A stretch of DNA of 64,000 bases from Raja brachyura (lineage: Eukaryota): the NCBI GenBank assembly GCA_963514005.1, contig OY740806.1, positions 24,056,001-24,120,000 of the forward strand, read 5' to 3'. The notes beneath the pieces are model-generated. The model ran no database searches. It was not told the origin of the DNA and saw only the letters and a program-made list of their open reading frames with translations. The translations under genes were made by a program, and so were the position numbers. Positions 52,937-63,780 of this stretch are shown in pieces (within the stretch, counting starts at the first letter, position 1; each line of letters begins with the position of its first letter).

Positions 52937-53243
52937 GTTTAGTTTAATTTTGTTTGGAGATGCAACATACACACATACCCTTCGGCACACCGAGTCCACT
53001 TCGGACACCGTTTACCCGTTCCCACTAATTCCATTTTATCCCGATTTCTCACTCCCAACACATTAGGGGCAATTTACAGAGGCCAATTAACCTACAAATG
53101 TGCACGTCTTTGGGATATGGGAGGAAACTGGAGCACCCGGAGGAAACCTACAGGGTAAACGTGCAAACTCTGCACAGACAGCAGCTGAGGTCAGGATCAA
53201 ACACAGGTCTCTGGCGCTACCAGCTGCACCACTGTGCCGCCCA
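52937..53243 (-). mobile_element. HE1-type SINE in LAYN intron 2
   Basis: Reverse copy ending in gcaccactgtgccgccc. Confidence 0.78.
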
Positions 53244-53699
53244 TTTGCCAGCATATTATGTTCTTTATTCGTTCTTGGGAGCAAGTGTCTCTGGCAGTGC
53301 CAGCATTTATTGTACAATCTCAGTTACCCTGAGAAGTTGGTGGTGGGTCTTAAACTGAGTGGTTCTTGGCTGAACATTGCAATTATAGCTGGCCCTCACA
53401 TTTGGTTCTCTTCAGTCTCTGGGTTTTGCTCATTCACTAGCTCACTGAGTCCGTCTTGTGATGGTGGACAAGTATAGGTCTGAGCATTTAATTATTGTAC
53501 CTAAGAACAAAGAAACAAGTCATCATAACACAACAGAAAGTAAGCCCAGCTCCCACTGTCATTAGACCCAGGAACTGTTTGACTGGGAATTAGAATCAGA
53601 GAGGGGAAGATAGAAACCGTGTGCTCTCAATCTAAGATGACATTCCCATTGTTGCCCATTGTCAAATTGCCATTAGTTGACAACTGTTGTTTCTTTTAG

Positions 53700-53857
53700 G
53701 AACTGGTATGTGGACGAGCCATCATGTGGCAGTGAAGTGTGTGTTGTGATGTATCACCAACCCTCTGCATCTTCCGGCATGGGAGGCCCGTACTTGTATC
53801 AATGGAATGATGATCGATGCAACATGAAAAACAACTTCATCTGCAAGTATGCACCAG
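53700..53857 (+). CDS. LAYN: Layilin exon 3 (C-type lectin domain, C-terminal half)
   Basis: cttttag| acceptor and |gtaatc donor; 158 nt; RNWYVDEPSCGSEVCVVMYHQPSASSGMGGPYLYQWNDDRCNMKNNFICKYAP, nearly identical to recalled human layilin. Confidence 0.97.
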
Positions 53858-54837
53858 GTAATCCTGCATGCTTGGGGAAACGTTCAGCCAAGAGATCCGA
53901 ATTCAGAGCTGCCTGTAGGTCCCAGGCTGTACGAGCAGCTAGCATGTCCATGTGTAGTTGCTGGCAAGAAGTTCTCTCTCCTGTGACCAGATTTGGTACA
54001 CAGCGCTGGCCCAGCTCTGGAGGGAGATCAGGCCTGTGGTGGAAGAAGCTTAAGGCAGTTCTAGGGAGGGCGTTTTGTCTTTGGTGGTGGTTGGCACAAG
54101 AGTTGGGCTGGGACAAGTGGAACCACCCCTCTTTAATTTCTGGCATGGAGATGGGGAGATGAAACGGCAGTGGTGGGGGAGGTTGGATCAGAGCTGGGAG
54201 TGTGACAGGACTGCCAGTTCCTCTCCAGATCACACACCATCCTGACTGATATATACTCCCAATCCTTCATCAAGGACTAAGGAGGGGGTTGACCTCTCTC
54301 AGCATTGCTGTGCCTGGGAGCATCTCACAGAGTCAGCTGTAGAAGGGGCTAATCCAAGGTTCACAGAGGTTTGGGGTGGTCTTGAGAGTGGGTGGCTGGA
54401 AATTACGGGCTGAGCTCTGGGGGTGGAGAGCCTTGGCTGGGAAAGGGATTTTCACCTGCTGATCTCTGATGCCAACTATATGTACATTTTTCAATTCTGA
54501 GTTGTGAGTATCACTGGCAAGGCTGGTATTTATTTCTCATCCCTAATTGCCCTTGAGTGAATGATATTGGGCCAAACTTTAGATCCACTGTAGTCCTTCC
54601 GGTAAACATACTCCCACAGCTGACTTGGGAGGCCCAGGATTTAGACCGGTGATGATGAAGGTTTAGTAATATAGTTCAGAATCAGGATGGTGTGTAATTT
54701 GGAAAGGAGCCTGCAGGTGGTGGTGTTGCTATGTGCCTGCTGCTCCTGTCCTCGGTCGATGAGTGTGCAGGTTAGTGAGGCACTGTTGGAAAAGCCACAG
54801 CCCATAACTGCGGTTTCCGTGTGTTTTTTGCTCCTAG

Positions 54838-54924
54838 TTCGAGTTTCTACAATTCCGAGTCCAACCCTGACTCCTTCCCTGAATCGGACCCTAATTCCCT
54901 CTGGAGATAATAGATCTGATGCAG
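54838..54924 (+). CDS. LAYN: Layilin exon 4 (S/T/P-rich stalk, VRVSTIPSPTLTPSLNRTLIPSGDNRSDA)
   Basis: ttttttgctcctag| acceptor and CAG|gtaatt donor; 87 nt, phase 1-1, open and in frame. Low sequence similarity to mammals. Confidence 0.7.
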
Positions 54925-54927
54925 GTA

Positions 54928-55283
54928 ATTATTATTATTATTATAAATTATAAATACTTTATTGATCCCCTCAGGGAAATTCAGATGTCCAGAAGCCCAT
55001 AACCAACAAACCCACACATTCAAAACGAACGCAGCCAGAAAATACATAAAATACAATGTGGGCACTACCTGAGAGCAATAAATACTTAAAAAGACCAATA
55101 ATTAACAATAAAAAAATTAAAACATGCAAAAATGCATCCCCCTACAGCTTAGCGGCTCATATTATAAAATCTAATGGCTGCAGGGGTGAAGGATCCCCTG
55201 AACCGCTCCGTTCTACAGGGCGGGGAGAGGAGCCAGTTGTTGTTCTGAGTGCTCTTTTGACACTCCAGAATTACATGGAGGGG
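54928..55283 (-). mobile_element. Rex1/Babar-like LINE 3' end
   Basis: (tta)n tail followed by atactttattgatcccc...gggaaatt, the reverse complement of a Rex1/Babar-type 3' terminus. Confidence 0.6.
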
Positions 55284-55474
55284 AGTCAATGTATTCACTG
55301 GCTGAGCGAAAGGGTTGGCGGGTGTGATTGGTTGAGGAACAAGGGAATGGCATGGGGGTGAAAGGTTGTCAGTGGAGGAGGTGGGTGAGCTGACACGTCC
55401 CTAATGGTGAAAGGTTTCGTCTATGAATATGTTGAGTGCAGGTATTGGGTCACGGTTAATTATTGTCAGACTAA

Positions 55475-55692
55475 ATACTGGGGTGACTCAGTGGGACAGG
55501 CAGCATCTCTGGAGAAAAGGAATAGGTGACATTTCGGGTCACAAACCTTCTTCAATGGTTCTGAGTCTGGAGAAGGGTTCCGACCCAAAACTTCACCTAT
55601 TCCTTTTCTCCAGAGGTGGTGCCTTAACCACTGAGTTACTCCAGCATTTTGTGTCCATCTTCAGTATAAACCAGCACCTGCAGTTCCTTCCT
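55475..55692. mobile_element. Fold-back pair of Penelope-derived termini
   Basis: ctctggagaaaaggaataggtga ... tcacctattccttttctccagag inverted arms. Confidence 0.7.
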
Positions 55693-56814
55693 AGAAATTT
55701 ATTATTGTCATGCATACCAGGATACAGTGAAACTCTTGTTTTGCAAGGTGTCCAGCAGGTTATACTATGCATGAGTACAGTCATGCTATTTGTGAGTACA
55801 CATAGACGGAGATTTGAAAGAATGGAACAAATGTTGTGGATATATGTAAATCCTTTGAGGCCAGCATGCAAAGAGTCGCCATGCCCCAATGCTATCTTAA
55901 ACAAGGGCCATAGATAGTTAGGTAAATCTTGTTTATCATGATTTTGTCATATAGATTCTGATCATGTAGACTTTGAATGAGTGAAGTATTTCCCGTTTGG
56001 AATATTAAGTGGTGATGTGAACGCAGCACATCTATGGGTGACATTACAAACTGATTTAACTCCTCCATCTCCTTTGCACCTTCACAAATCCACAGATGTG
56101 ACATGAAAGTTGCTCCCATTGTAAGTGGATTGCTTCTCCGTAGAGTGGTAAAATGATGAAAACCCAATCCCGTCACATTGTGGAACAGGATAGCACACGA
56201 ATGGAAATACTTAGTAGGATATGCTAAAGCTTCAGATCACAATGTCCAGGAGCAGACTTGCATGGAGATGCTGCCTGTCCTGCTGAGTTACTCCAGCATT
56301 TTGTGTCTACCTTGCATGGGCAGTTGGAGGCAAACGGTTTGATGTTGTGTCTTAATTTTCTTGCCGGGGAAGATCTGTCCAATTTCTGACCAGTAGCCTG
56401 CATTGTTTCCATTGGGTACTGAGATCTCTCAGGATTAGATGACCCAGAACTGAAACGTTACAGGCATCAGTAACCTTCATAGATTACCCCAGATTTTCTG
56501 TCAATTATGTCCCAGATTTTGTCCCAATTAGTGATTAAGAAGTTTAACTGATTTTGAGCATAATCTAAATTTACAAGATTATGCGAAGCATTGGCAAAGT
56601 TGTGGTAACTGGTTATCTGGGTGCAGAGTTGCTACACCAAGGCATACAAGTTGCCAGCAAATCCTGAAACTGAAATGGTGGAAACACTCACCAGACCAAA
56701 CAGCGTCCGTGGAAAGGGAAACAAGAGTTAACATTTCAGGTTGAAACTCCTTCTTCACAACTGAAAAGTGAGAAAATACAAAGAGCGATGTAAAGGTTGT
56801 GAAATACAAATCAC

Positions 56815-57060
56815 ACCTGTCCATGCCGACCAACGATCACCCGTACACAGTTCTATCTTACACACTGGGGACAATTTTCAGAAGCCAATTAACCTACAAC
56901 CCCGCATATCTGTAGAGTGTGTGAGGAAACCAGAGCACCCTGAGAAAACCCACGTGGTCACAGGGAGAACCTACAAACTCCATACAGACAGTACCCATAG
57001 TCAGATCGAACCCGGGTCTCAGGCGCTGAAAGGTAGCATCTCTACCGTTGCACCACTGTC
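56815..57060 (-). mobile_element. HE1-type SINE
   Basis: Reverse copy of the family. Confidence 0.72.
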
Positions 57061-57764
57061 TCATCATCTGAACAGAAACAAATGAATTGAGGGACTGGGA
57101 GAGTGGAATGGAGTCCTTACAGAAAGCATAGTGGGTGATAGTATAGTTGAGACAGCTGTGTGTGTCTATTTGCTTGCAATGGAAATTCACTGTTAACATT
57201 TCTCCTGAAATGGATAAAGAGGGAAACAAAGAATCAGGGATGAATTCAACCAGCTGTAATATTAACCTTTTTTTCCTATTTTCATGGACACTCTATGAGC
57301 TGCTGGGCATGGCCAACATTGTCCTTTTAATTTCAGTTCTCTACAAAAGCTCTGACCAACAGTACACCCTGTTTACTCGCTCTCTTGCCCTCATTAATTT
57401 ACCAATACCTCCTCCACCCTCTCTGCAACGTTTACCTACCTGGACTGTTCTTGTGGGTTTTGTTTCACATTTTCAGTTCTGATGCAGCATCTGTCTCTCG
57501 TTCCATATCCATAGATGCTGCCTGACCTGCTGAGTATTTCCAGCATTTCCAGCTTTATTTTGGATTTTCAGCATCTGGAGTCTTTTGATCTTAGTGCAAT
57601 TTAGCAATCAACAAAGCAATAAGAGGGAGAAATCTTTCCAAACCTTTACATATGAAGTAATGGGAGAGAAAAGTCTGAGCAACAGCGCGAGAATGGTAAT
57701 TTATTCACTGCGGGAATGGCAATTTAAAGAAGGGTTCTGAGCTGAAACGTCACCTATTCCTTTA

Positions 57765-57890
57765 GTAACGGCCAGGTTCAGGAATAGCTACTTCCCTGCA
57801 GCCATCAGGCTATTAAACACTACAACCTCATATAAGCTCTGAGCTACAATAGACTATTATTATGAATGCACTATTATTGTTTGTTTTTTG

Positions 57891-57930
<40 letters not shown>

Positions 57931-58085
57931 GTGTGTGTGTACTTGTGAGTATGTGTATATATACACTCTGAACTTTCTCTCGAATCATACTATGTTTACA
58001 TGTTCTGTTGTGCTGCAGGAAGTAAGAATCTCATTGTTCTATCTGGGACATATGACAATAAAACACTCTTGACTCTTGACTTGAC
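57765..58085 (+). mobile_element. Rex1/Babar 3' end with embedded (TG)n(TA)n microsatellite
   Basis: aggttcaggaatagctacttccctgcagccatcaggctattaaac; tcttgac-type tail; dinucleotide runs at 57892-57940. Confidence 0.6.
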
Positions 58086-58404
58086 CCTTCTAAACCAACA
58101 TCTGCAGTTCCTTCCTACACATGGTAGTTATTAATCCCACAAACCTCTAAGTTTCACAGTAAATCACGAGCATCGACTAACCTTTTTCCAACCCCTCTGT
58201 ATGTGTCAGTCAACTACACACCAGAGTACATGTTGCATTTAGCAAGCAGTAATATCTAGCTGATGCACAAAGGTGGCTAGGACTGTGGCAGGGAGTACAG
58301 CAGCCTTAAGAAGCAACCAACTTCCTCATCTTTAAATACTGAGCCCTAACTGAGCAAGGATAATGGCAGAACCTACATTTATTTGCATTTAACATTGTTT
58401 CTAG

Positions 58405-58470
58405 ATGAATCGGGAGTTCCAGTTACTGAGGGCGAGAAGGATTCACCTGTAACTATTGGCAAATCAGAAG
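58405..58470 (+). CDS. LAYN: Layilin exon 5 (stalk, DESGVPVTEGEKDSPVTIGKSE)
   Basis: gtttctag| acceptor and AAG|gtaatt donor; 66 nt, phase 1-1, in frame. Confidence 0.72.
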
Positions 58471-58949
58471 GTAATTATGGAAATACTGAGCAGCATGGGA
58501 TGTAAATCATCCTCCACTGCATGCTCTAAATATGTGATACGATGGCATAACCTACTGTACTGATTTTTGGAATTTAAGTGCAGTGCGCACACAGTATCTT
58601 ACTGGGCTACAGGCTTCTGCCTCCTGTGTCTATTTCTGACCAATACCAAGTTTTGCTGCACCAATCCCGTGAAGCCCTTATCAATGGAAGGTGTCACCAA
58701 CCTGTGGTGGAAGTAACTCGTGGTCCATGGACATTTGTCATCTGTCCAGCTGTTCGTTTTTAAACACTTTTTCAATTAATAAGCCATTTCATCAATGCTA
58801 CTCTCCCTGCTATCGGAAGGTATTGACACTAAAATTGGGTTCAAACCCTAAAATTGGGCGACAAAGACCAAAGGCACGGATTCCTGTCGCGGCACAGGTC
58901 CCCTCCTCAGCTAAAAATGCCGATTTTCATTGGACTTGAGTCTTCATCT

Positions 58950-59515
58950 CTGTTGGACTCACAGATGTAAACCCTGTCCCACTCACCTCCATCTGAGGAC
59001 CCCAGCAGTCCGTCCAGGGGAGGCAGAGGTACACGTGCACCTCTTCTATCCTGAAATATTGCATCCAGTGTTCCCAATGTGGCTTACTGTACATTGGCAA
59101 GACCAAGAGTAGACTGTACTCAGTCTGCCAAGACCTACTGGATCTCCTGGTTGCTAACCATTTTAACTTCTCTTCCCATTCCCATACTGACTTTTGTGTC
59201 CTGGAACTCCTCCACTGCCAGAGTGAGGCCAGTCACAAACTGGAGAATCACCTTGGGTAGCTTACAACCCAATGGTATGAACATAGATTTCTCCAATTAT
59301 CCTCTTATCTCTGGCCTATGTTCCAACCACCCACCTATACAAAATCCTCCTTGCCTTTGTCAACCTATTATCTGCCACGCTTTGAACTGCCTCTCCCCTT
59401 TTCCAACCCCCCCCCCCCCAACAAACAGTCTGAAGAAGGGTCTTAGCCGAAACATCACCTATCCATGTTCTCCAGAGATGCTGCCAGATCAGCTGAGTTA
59501 CTCCAGCCTTGTGTC
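58950..59515 (+). mobile_element. Penelope-like element remnant (GIY-YIG endonuclease plus terminal repeat with hammerhead core)
   Basis: Frameshifted translation TCTSSILKYCIQCSQCGLLYIGKTKSRL...VANHFN...LGSLQPNGMNIDFSN, then CTGAAGA-agggtcttagcc-GAAAC-ATC at 59430-59456. Confidence 0.85.
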
Positions 59516-59964
59516 CTTCCCTGCATATCAAGTTGCCTATTCAAATACCAGTACCATTTCTGCATCCACCCTCGCCCCAGCATCATGTTCCAGGCACAGC
59601 ACTCTCTGTGTAAAATGCCCCTTTCATCTTTTTTTCAAAAGAAACTCGGTTCACTTCTTGCTGGAAGGAACCAGCCCACCTTGAACTGTGGTTCTTTGAC
59701 TATCTGATGCCCTCCTATAACTCGTACATGCCCGGTCACGGTCAAAGGATTTCACAACTGATTTGAATTATGTTGCAGCCTGAAGCCCAAATCCGGAGAT
59801 TGATTATGGAATGTTGCAGGAATCCTGAATGGTTTTTTTTTTTTTGCTCCTTAATCTGACATTCCTGAAGATAGTTCAAGAGACCTTTTCAAAACCCCGA
59901 CAACTAGCTGAGTTCAGTTAGCTCAGCATGAACCCCAAACCATCTTTCTAAAGCAATATTGAAT

Positions 59965-60535
59965 GTTTCCTTTATTGGCTGAGGCAAGGTTGATAAGGGC
60001 GGAGAACAAATGCTGGATCGATAAACAGTAACAGTTAAACCACGGCCTGTGTACTGTGTAGAGTTGTGGTCGCCACATAAGAATAAAGAGGTGGTTGACC
60101 TGGAGGGGCTGCAGAGAAGGTTTAAGGGGACATTGCCAAGTCTGGACAATTGCAGCTGTCAGGAAAGACTGGGTGAGCTGGGGATGGGGGTGGGTGGGGT
60201 TCCTTGGGTTTGGATTGTGAAGCCTGAGGGGCAGATGTAAAATTATTTCAAGTAAATGGGAAGGACCTGTTTTCCTGAGCAAGGGTGATTCGTGGGATAA
60301 TTGAAAGAAGGATTTTGTGGAAGTTTTATTGTACAAAAGGAGGTGGGGGTCCAGAACTCACTGCCTGGAAAAGCGGTCGAGATAGTGAACTTCACTATTA
60401 AAAAGTACACCGATTATACTGGAAGACCTGTGACCAGCAGGGCTGTGGGTCAATTACTAGAGGGTGGCGTTAGTTTGGGATAGTTATTTCAGACATGATG
60501 GGCCAAGTGACTCCCCATGTGTACAAACATTTCTA
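59965..60535 (+). mobile_element. Decayed CR1 LINE fragment
   Basis: Translation YCVELWSPHKNKEVVDLEGLQRRFKGTLPSL. Confidence 0.7.
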
Positions 60536-60646
60536 AAGTTCACTTTCATTTGGAATATGTCAAACAAGATGCACATGCTCTATCCTGCTCACTAGGTTTC
60601 AAAATGTCAAATTTATCTTTGTAATTGGACCATTTATTTTCTGCAG

Positions 60647-60749
60647 GCAATTCTCTCAACATCATCTACATTATCATTCCAACGATCCCCCTGCTCCTCC
60701 TGTTGCTGGTCTCCAGTGCAGTCTTTTGTTTCCGTTTCTTTGTGAGAAG
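60647..60749 (+). CDS. LAYN: Layilin exon 6 (transmembrane, GNSLNIIYIIIPTIPLLLLLLVSSAVFCFRFFVRR)
   Basis: ttttctgcag| acceptor and AG|gtaagt donor; 103 nt. Matches human LNLAYILIPSIPLLLLLV. Confidence 0.95.
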
Positions 60750-60789
60750 GTAAGTTGGAAATGACAGGTGGCCCAGACATTGGCAGATC

Positions 60790-61285
60790 ACCATTCCACG
60801 GTGAAAACCCACCTAACGTCAGGGTGACGGACCCCTGATGTCATGGTGACACACCACCCAATGTCACAGTGACAGACCACCCAACCCGACGGTGATGGAT
60901 CCATCTAATGTCATGGTGACAGACCTCCCCCCCCACTAACCCCGTGGTGAAAGACCACCCAACCACATGGCGACAGAGCTCCCAACACCATGTGATGGAC
61001 CACCCAACGTCATGGTGATAATCCACCCGACCTTACGATGACAGAGCCCCCCCAACCCCGTGATGACAGAGCCCCCCAACCCCATGGTGGCGGAGCCCCC
61101 AACCCCACGTTGATGGATCACCCAACATCACATTGACAACCCACCCCACCCCACAGCATCAGACCACCCAACCGCACAGTGACAGCCCACCCAATGTCAC
61201 AGCAACAGACCACCCAATGTCTCGGTGACGATCCACCCAAGTCTACAGATGATGGACCCTCCAACCTAACCATGAGGGACAATCC
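60790..61285. repeat. Degenerate minisatellite (~23-bp unit, ggtgacagaccacccaacgtca-like)
   Basis: About 20 imperfect copies filling most of LAYN intron 6. Confidence 0.8.
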
Positions 61286-61450
61286 AACGTCAACATCGGT
61301 GTGAATTCACATTGCTTCATGCACTCACCACCCCAGCTTCTCCCTCCCTTCCTTTCCCACTGGGAGGGGCAACTCAGTGTGAGAGAGGGAAATGTGATCC
61401 AAATTTGTCTCAGTCTGGCCGGCAATTCAAGTCAATGATTTTATTTTAAG

Positions 61451-61781
61451 GAGGAAGGAAAGGAGTGAAAATGTTGTGAAAGAGCACAGCTTCTGGATGG
61501 AGCCGGTCAGAACCCAGTCGCCAAACCTGGAGATTTACAACATCATCAGAAAGCAGTCAGAGGCAGACCTGACTGGAACTCATCCTCACATTAACACCAC
61601 GTCCTTCCGCACCACTGCAGCTAATCGAGGCTTGCACAGTCTCTCTGGAGAGTATGATAACGTCGACAGCCACTGCTCTGAGAGCGGCTTTGTGACTAAT
61701 GATATTTATGAGTCTTGCAGTGACCAAGCATCAAGAAGCAGAGAATCGGGTTGGGTCGAAAACGGGATCTATGGCTACTAG
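61451..61781 (+). CDS. LAYN: Layilin exon 7 (cytoplasmic tail to stop)
   Basis: ttttaag| acceptor; SPNLEIYNIIRKQSEADL...SESGFVTNDIYE...RESGWVENGIYGY*. The seven exons sum to 1119 nt (372 aa plus stop). Confidence 0.97.
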
Positions 61782-63224
61782 GAGTCTGCAGGGTCCAGTT
61801 GTGAAGACCAGATTTTCCAGGGACCGTTTCCCCTCGAGGAGGTGACACATTCCTCGCTGGACAAAATACTCTCTTCCTTTTGCTTCCACGCAACAGGACA
61901 CAGAGGGGAAACACCCGATGAAACGGGGATGATGAAAGGTGACACGACAACCAGCAAGACTATCAGTGAACAATTGAACACGAGGGCTCCAACCCATTCG
62001 CACGTCAACAGCGCCCCAGGGCTGTTCCAGAGAGGCGGCTGAGTGTGAGTGAGGGAGATGTGGTCCCATGGTCTTATTCATGTCAGCATGTAAACACTTT
62101 CTCCTTTCGTCCCCAGCATATCACTGAATGTGTCCCCGCTCTCTCGGCAGGGAAAGCATGATTCAAGTCCACCACCGCATATTGCCTGACACAATATCCA
62201 CACAAAGTGCATTTTAAAGTCCATCAATACAAATGTTGACCAGAGCTCTCTCTGAACTTTGTCCACCGTGTTAAATGCTAGAACTCTCCTCAAATGCACA
62301 GAACCTCTTCTGGAGCACCTCAAGACTGACCTTCAACCTGTGAGAGGAAGTCACAGCATGTTGTTAATTCCTCATGAACTGAAGTATTTTCCAGATTTTT
62401 AACTTGCCTGTTCCAGTTATAAATCGTAGTGTTTGCCACTGCAAATGTGTCTGTGATTTCTGCAAACCCAATGCATTCTGCTCATATCTTGCCAAATAGA
62501 AAATTATTCTCAAAATCAGCTTGTCTAGTCATGCAGATTGATTGTGGTGGAAGATCAAAAGATCTTTGGGTCTTCAGAGCTCAACTTTCTGACACATCGG
62601 ACCAATTTGGCTGTGTGTGGTGGGCACTTGCCCATAGATTCTGTTTGGTATGTTCTGCAGGTTATTGTAATGATCATGGCATCTTGCACAGGGCTTGAAT
62701 GAGCCAGATCACCAGCACTGTGTCTCCTTAACCAGTTACTGAAGGATCACGAATGAGCAGCACAAAGTCTCAAAGTGTAAATGTAAGAATATTTGATGCA
62801 GTCAAATCGGATACTTTTAAAATATTTTTGTGGGATATATATATTCCATATAAGGCCATCATGTAATGATGCCCTTCTTCAAACTGCCCTTGAGAAAGGG
62901 ATGATGAAATGCTGCCTTCATTTTCGTAGTCTGTGTGGTGAATTTCACTGCAGTTGTCTGCAACTGTGTGGCTCGCTGGGTAATTTCAGATATTGATCAG
63001 GAATCATATATAGGCCAGACCATATAAGGAAGGCGGGTATCTTTCCTAGTCTTCAGAGAACCATATGGACTTTTATGACACTTCTAATACTTACCCTGAA
63101 TGATTTTATCTACTAATTCCACATCCTTCTATTAATTAAATTCAAGCTCTCCAGGTGCCTGTGGGATTTTAACACCTTCTGATTATGAGCCCAGTAATTT
63201 AAAACTAAAGCACCAAACACTGAA

Positions 63225-63230
63225 AATAAA
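63225..63230 (+). terminator. Candidate LAYN polyadenylation signal
   Basis: First AATAAA I noticed after the stop (~1.45 kb 3' UTR); ATTAAA also occurs near 63135. Confidence 0.3.
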
Positions 63231-63577
63231 AGGATAAGGGCAAGACAGTGTGAAGAAAAAGCACCAGAAGAAAAAGTAAAGCAATTTTTTTTTTGAAAAA
63301 TTTAAGAAATATCTCCAATGATAATTAGAACCTGAAAGAATGGGACTCCATACAGATGTTTCAATGCCAAGTGAACGAGATATCAAATTTTGCGCAATGA
63401 ATATTAGACTGGGGTAGACAAATCCTAACTTCCTATGGCAAGTTTAATTTGTATCTATATAATCACACAGTGCTGTAAATATGAAGTGTGTAGTCTGAGA
63501 TATTATTTTTGAGCAATTTATGCTGAAATAATGCACCTCTTTAACACACACTTTTCACAATCACAATAATACTTTGG

Positions 63578-63780
63578 CAGATAAAAATGCTGGAGAAACT
63601 CAGTGGGTGAGGCAGCATCTATGGAGCAAAGGAAATAGGCAACGTTTTGGGCCAAAACCCTTCTTCAGCCCGAAATGTTGCCTATTTCCTTCGCTCCATA
63701 AATGCTGCCTCACCCGCTGAGTTTCTCCAGCATTTTTGTCTACCTTTGATTTTCCAGCGCCTGCAGTTCCTTCTTAAACA
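63578..63780. mobile_element. Fold-back pair of Penelope-derived termini
   Basis: aaaaatgctggagaaactcag...ggaaataggcaac / gttgcctatttcc...ctgagtttctccagcattttt inverted arms around acccttcttcag. Confidence 0.78.

Noticed and set aside
16891-57060. tRNA genes suggested by A/B-box-like sequences
   Set aside because: They are SINE heads attached to SINE bodies and tails, with no complete cloverleaf.
60790-61285. CRISPR-like repeat/spacer appearance
   Set aside because: Units are contiguous and degenerate with no unique spacers; vertebrate intron, no cas genes.
52564-61781. Chondrolectin (CHODL) as an alternative identity for the lectin gene
   Set aside because: The long cytoplasmic tail with RKQSEADL and ESG(F/W)V motifs, and adjacency to HOATZ, are diagnostic of layilin.
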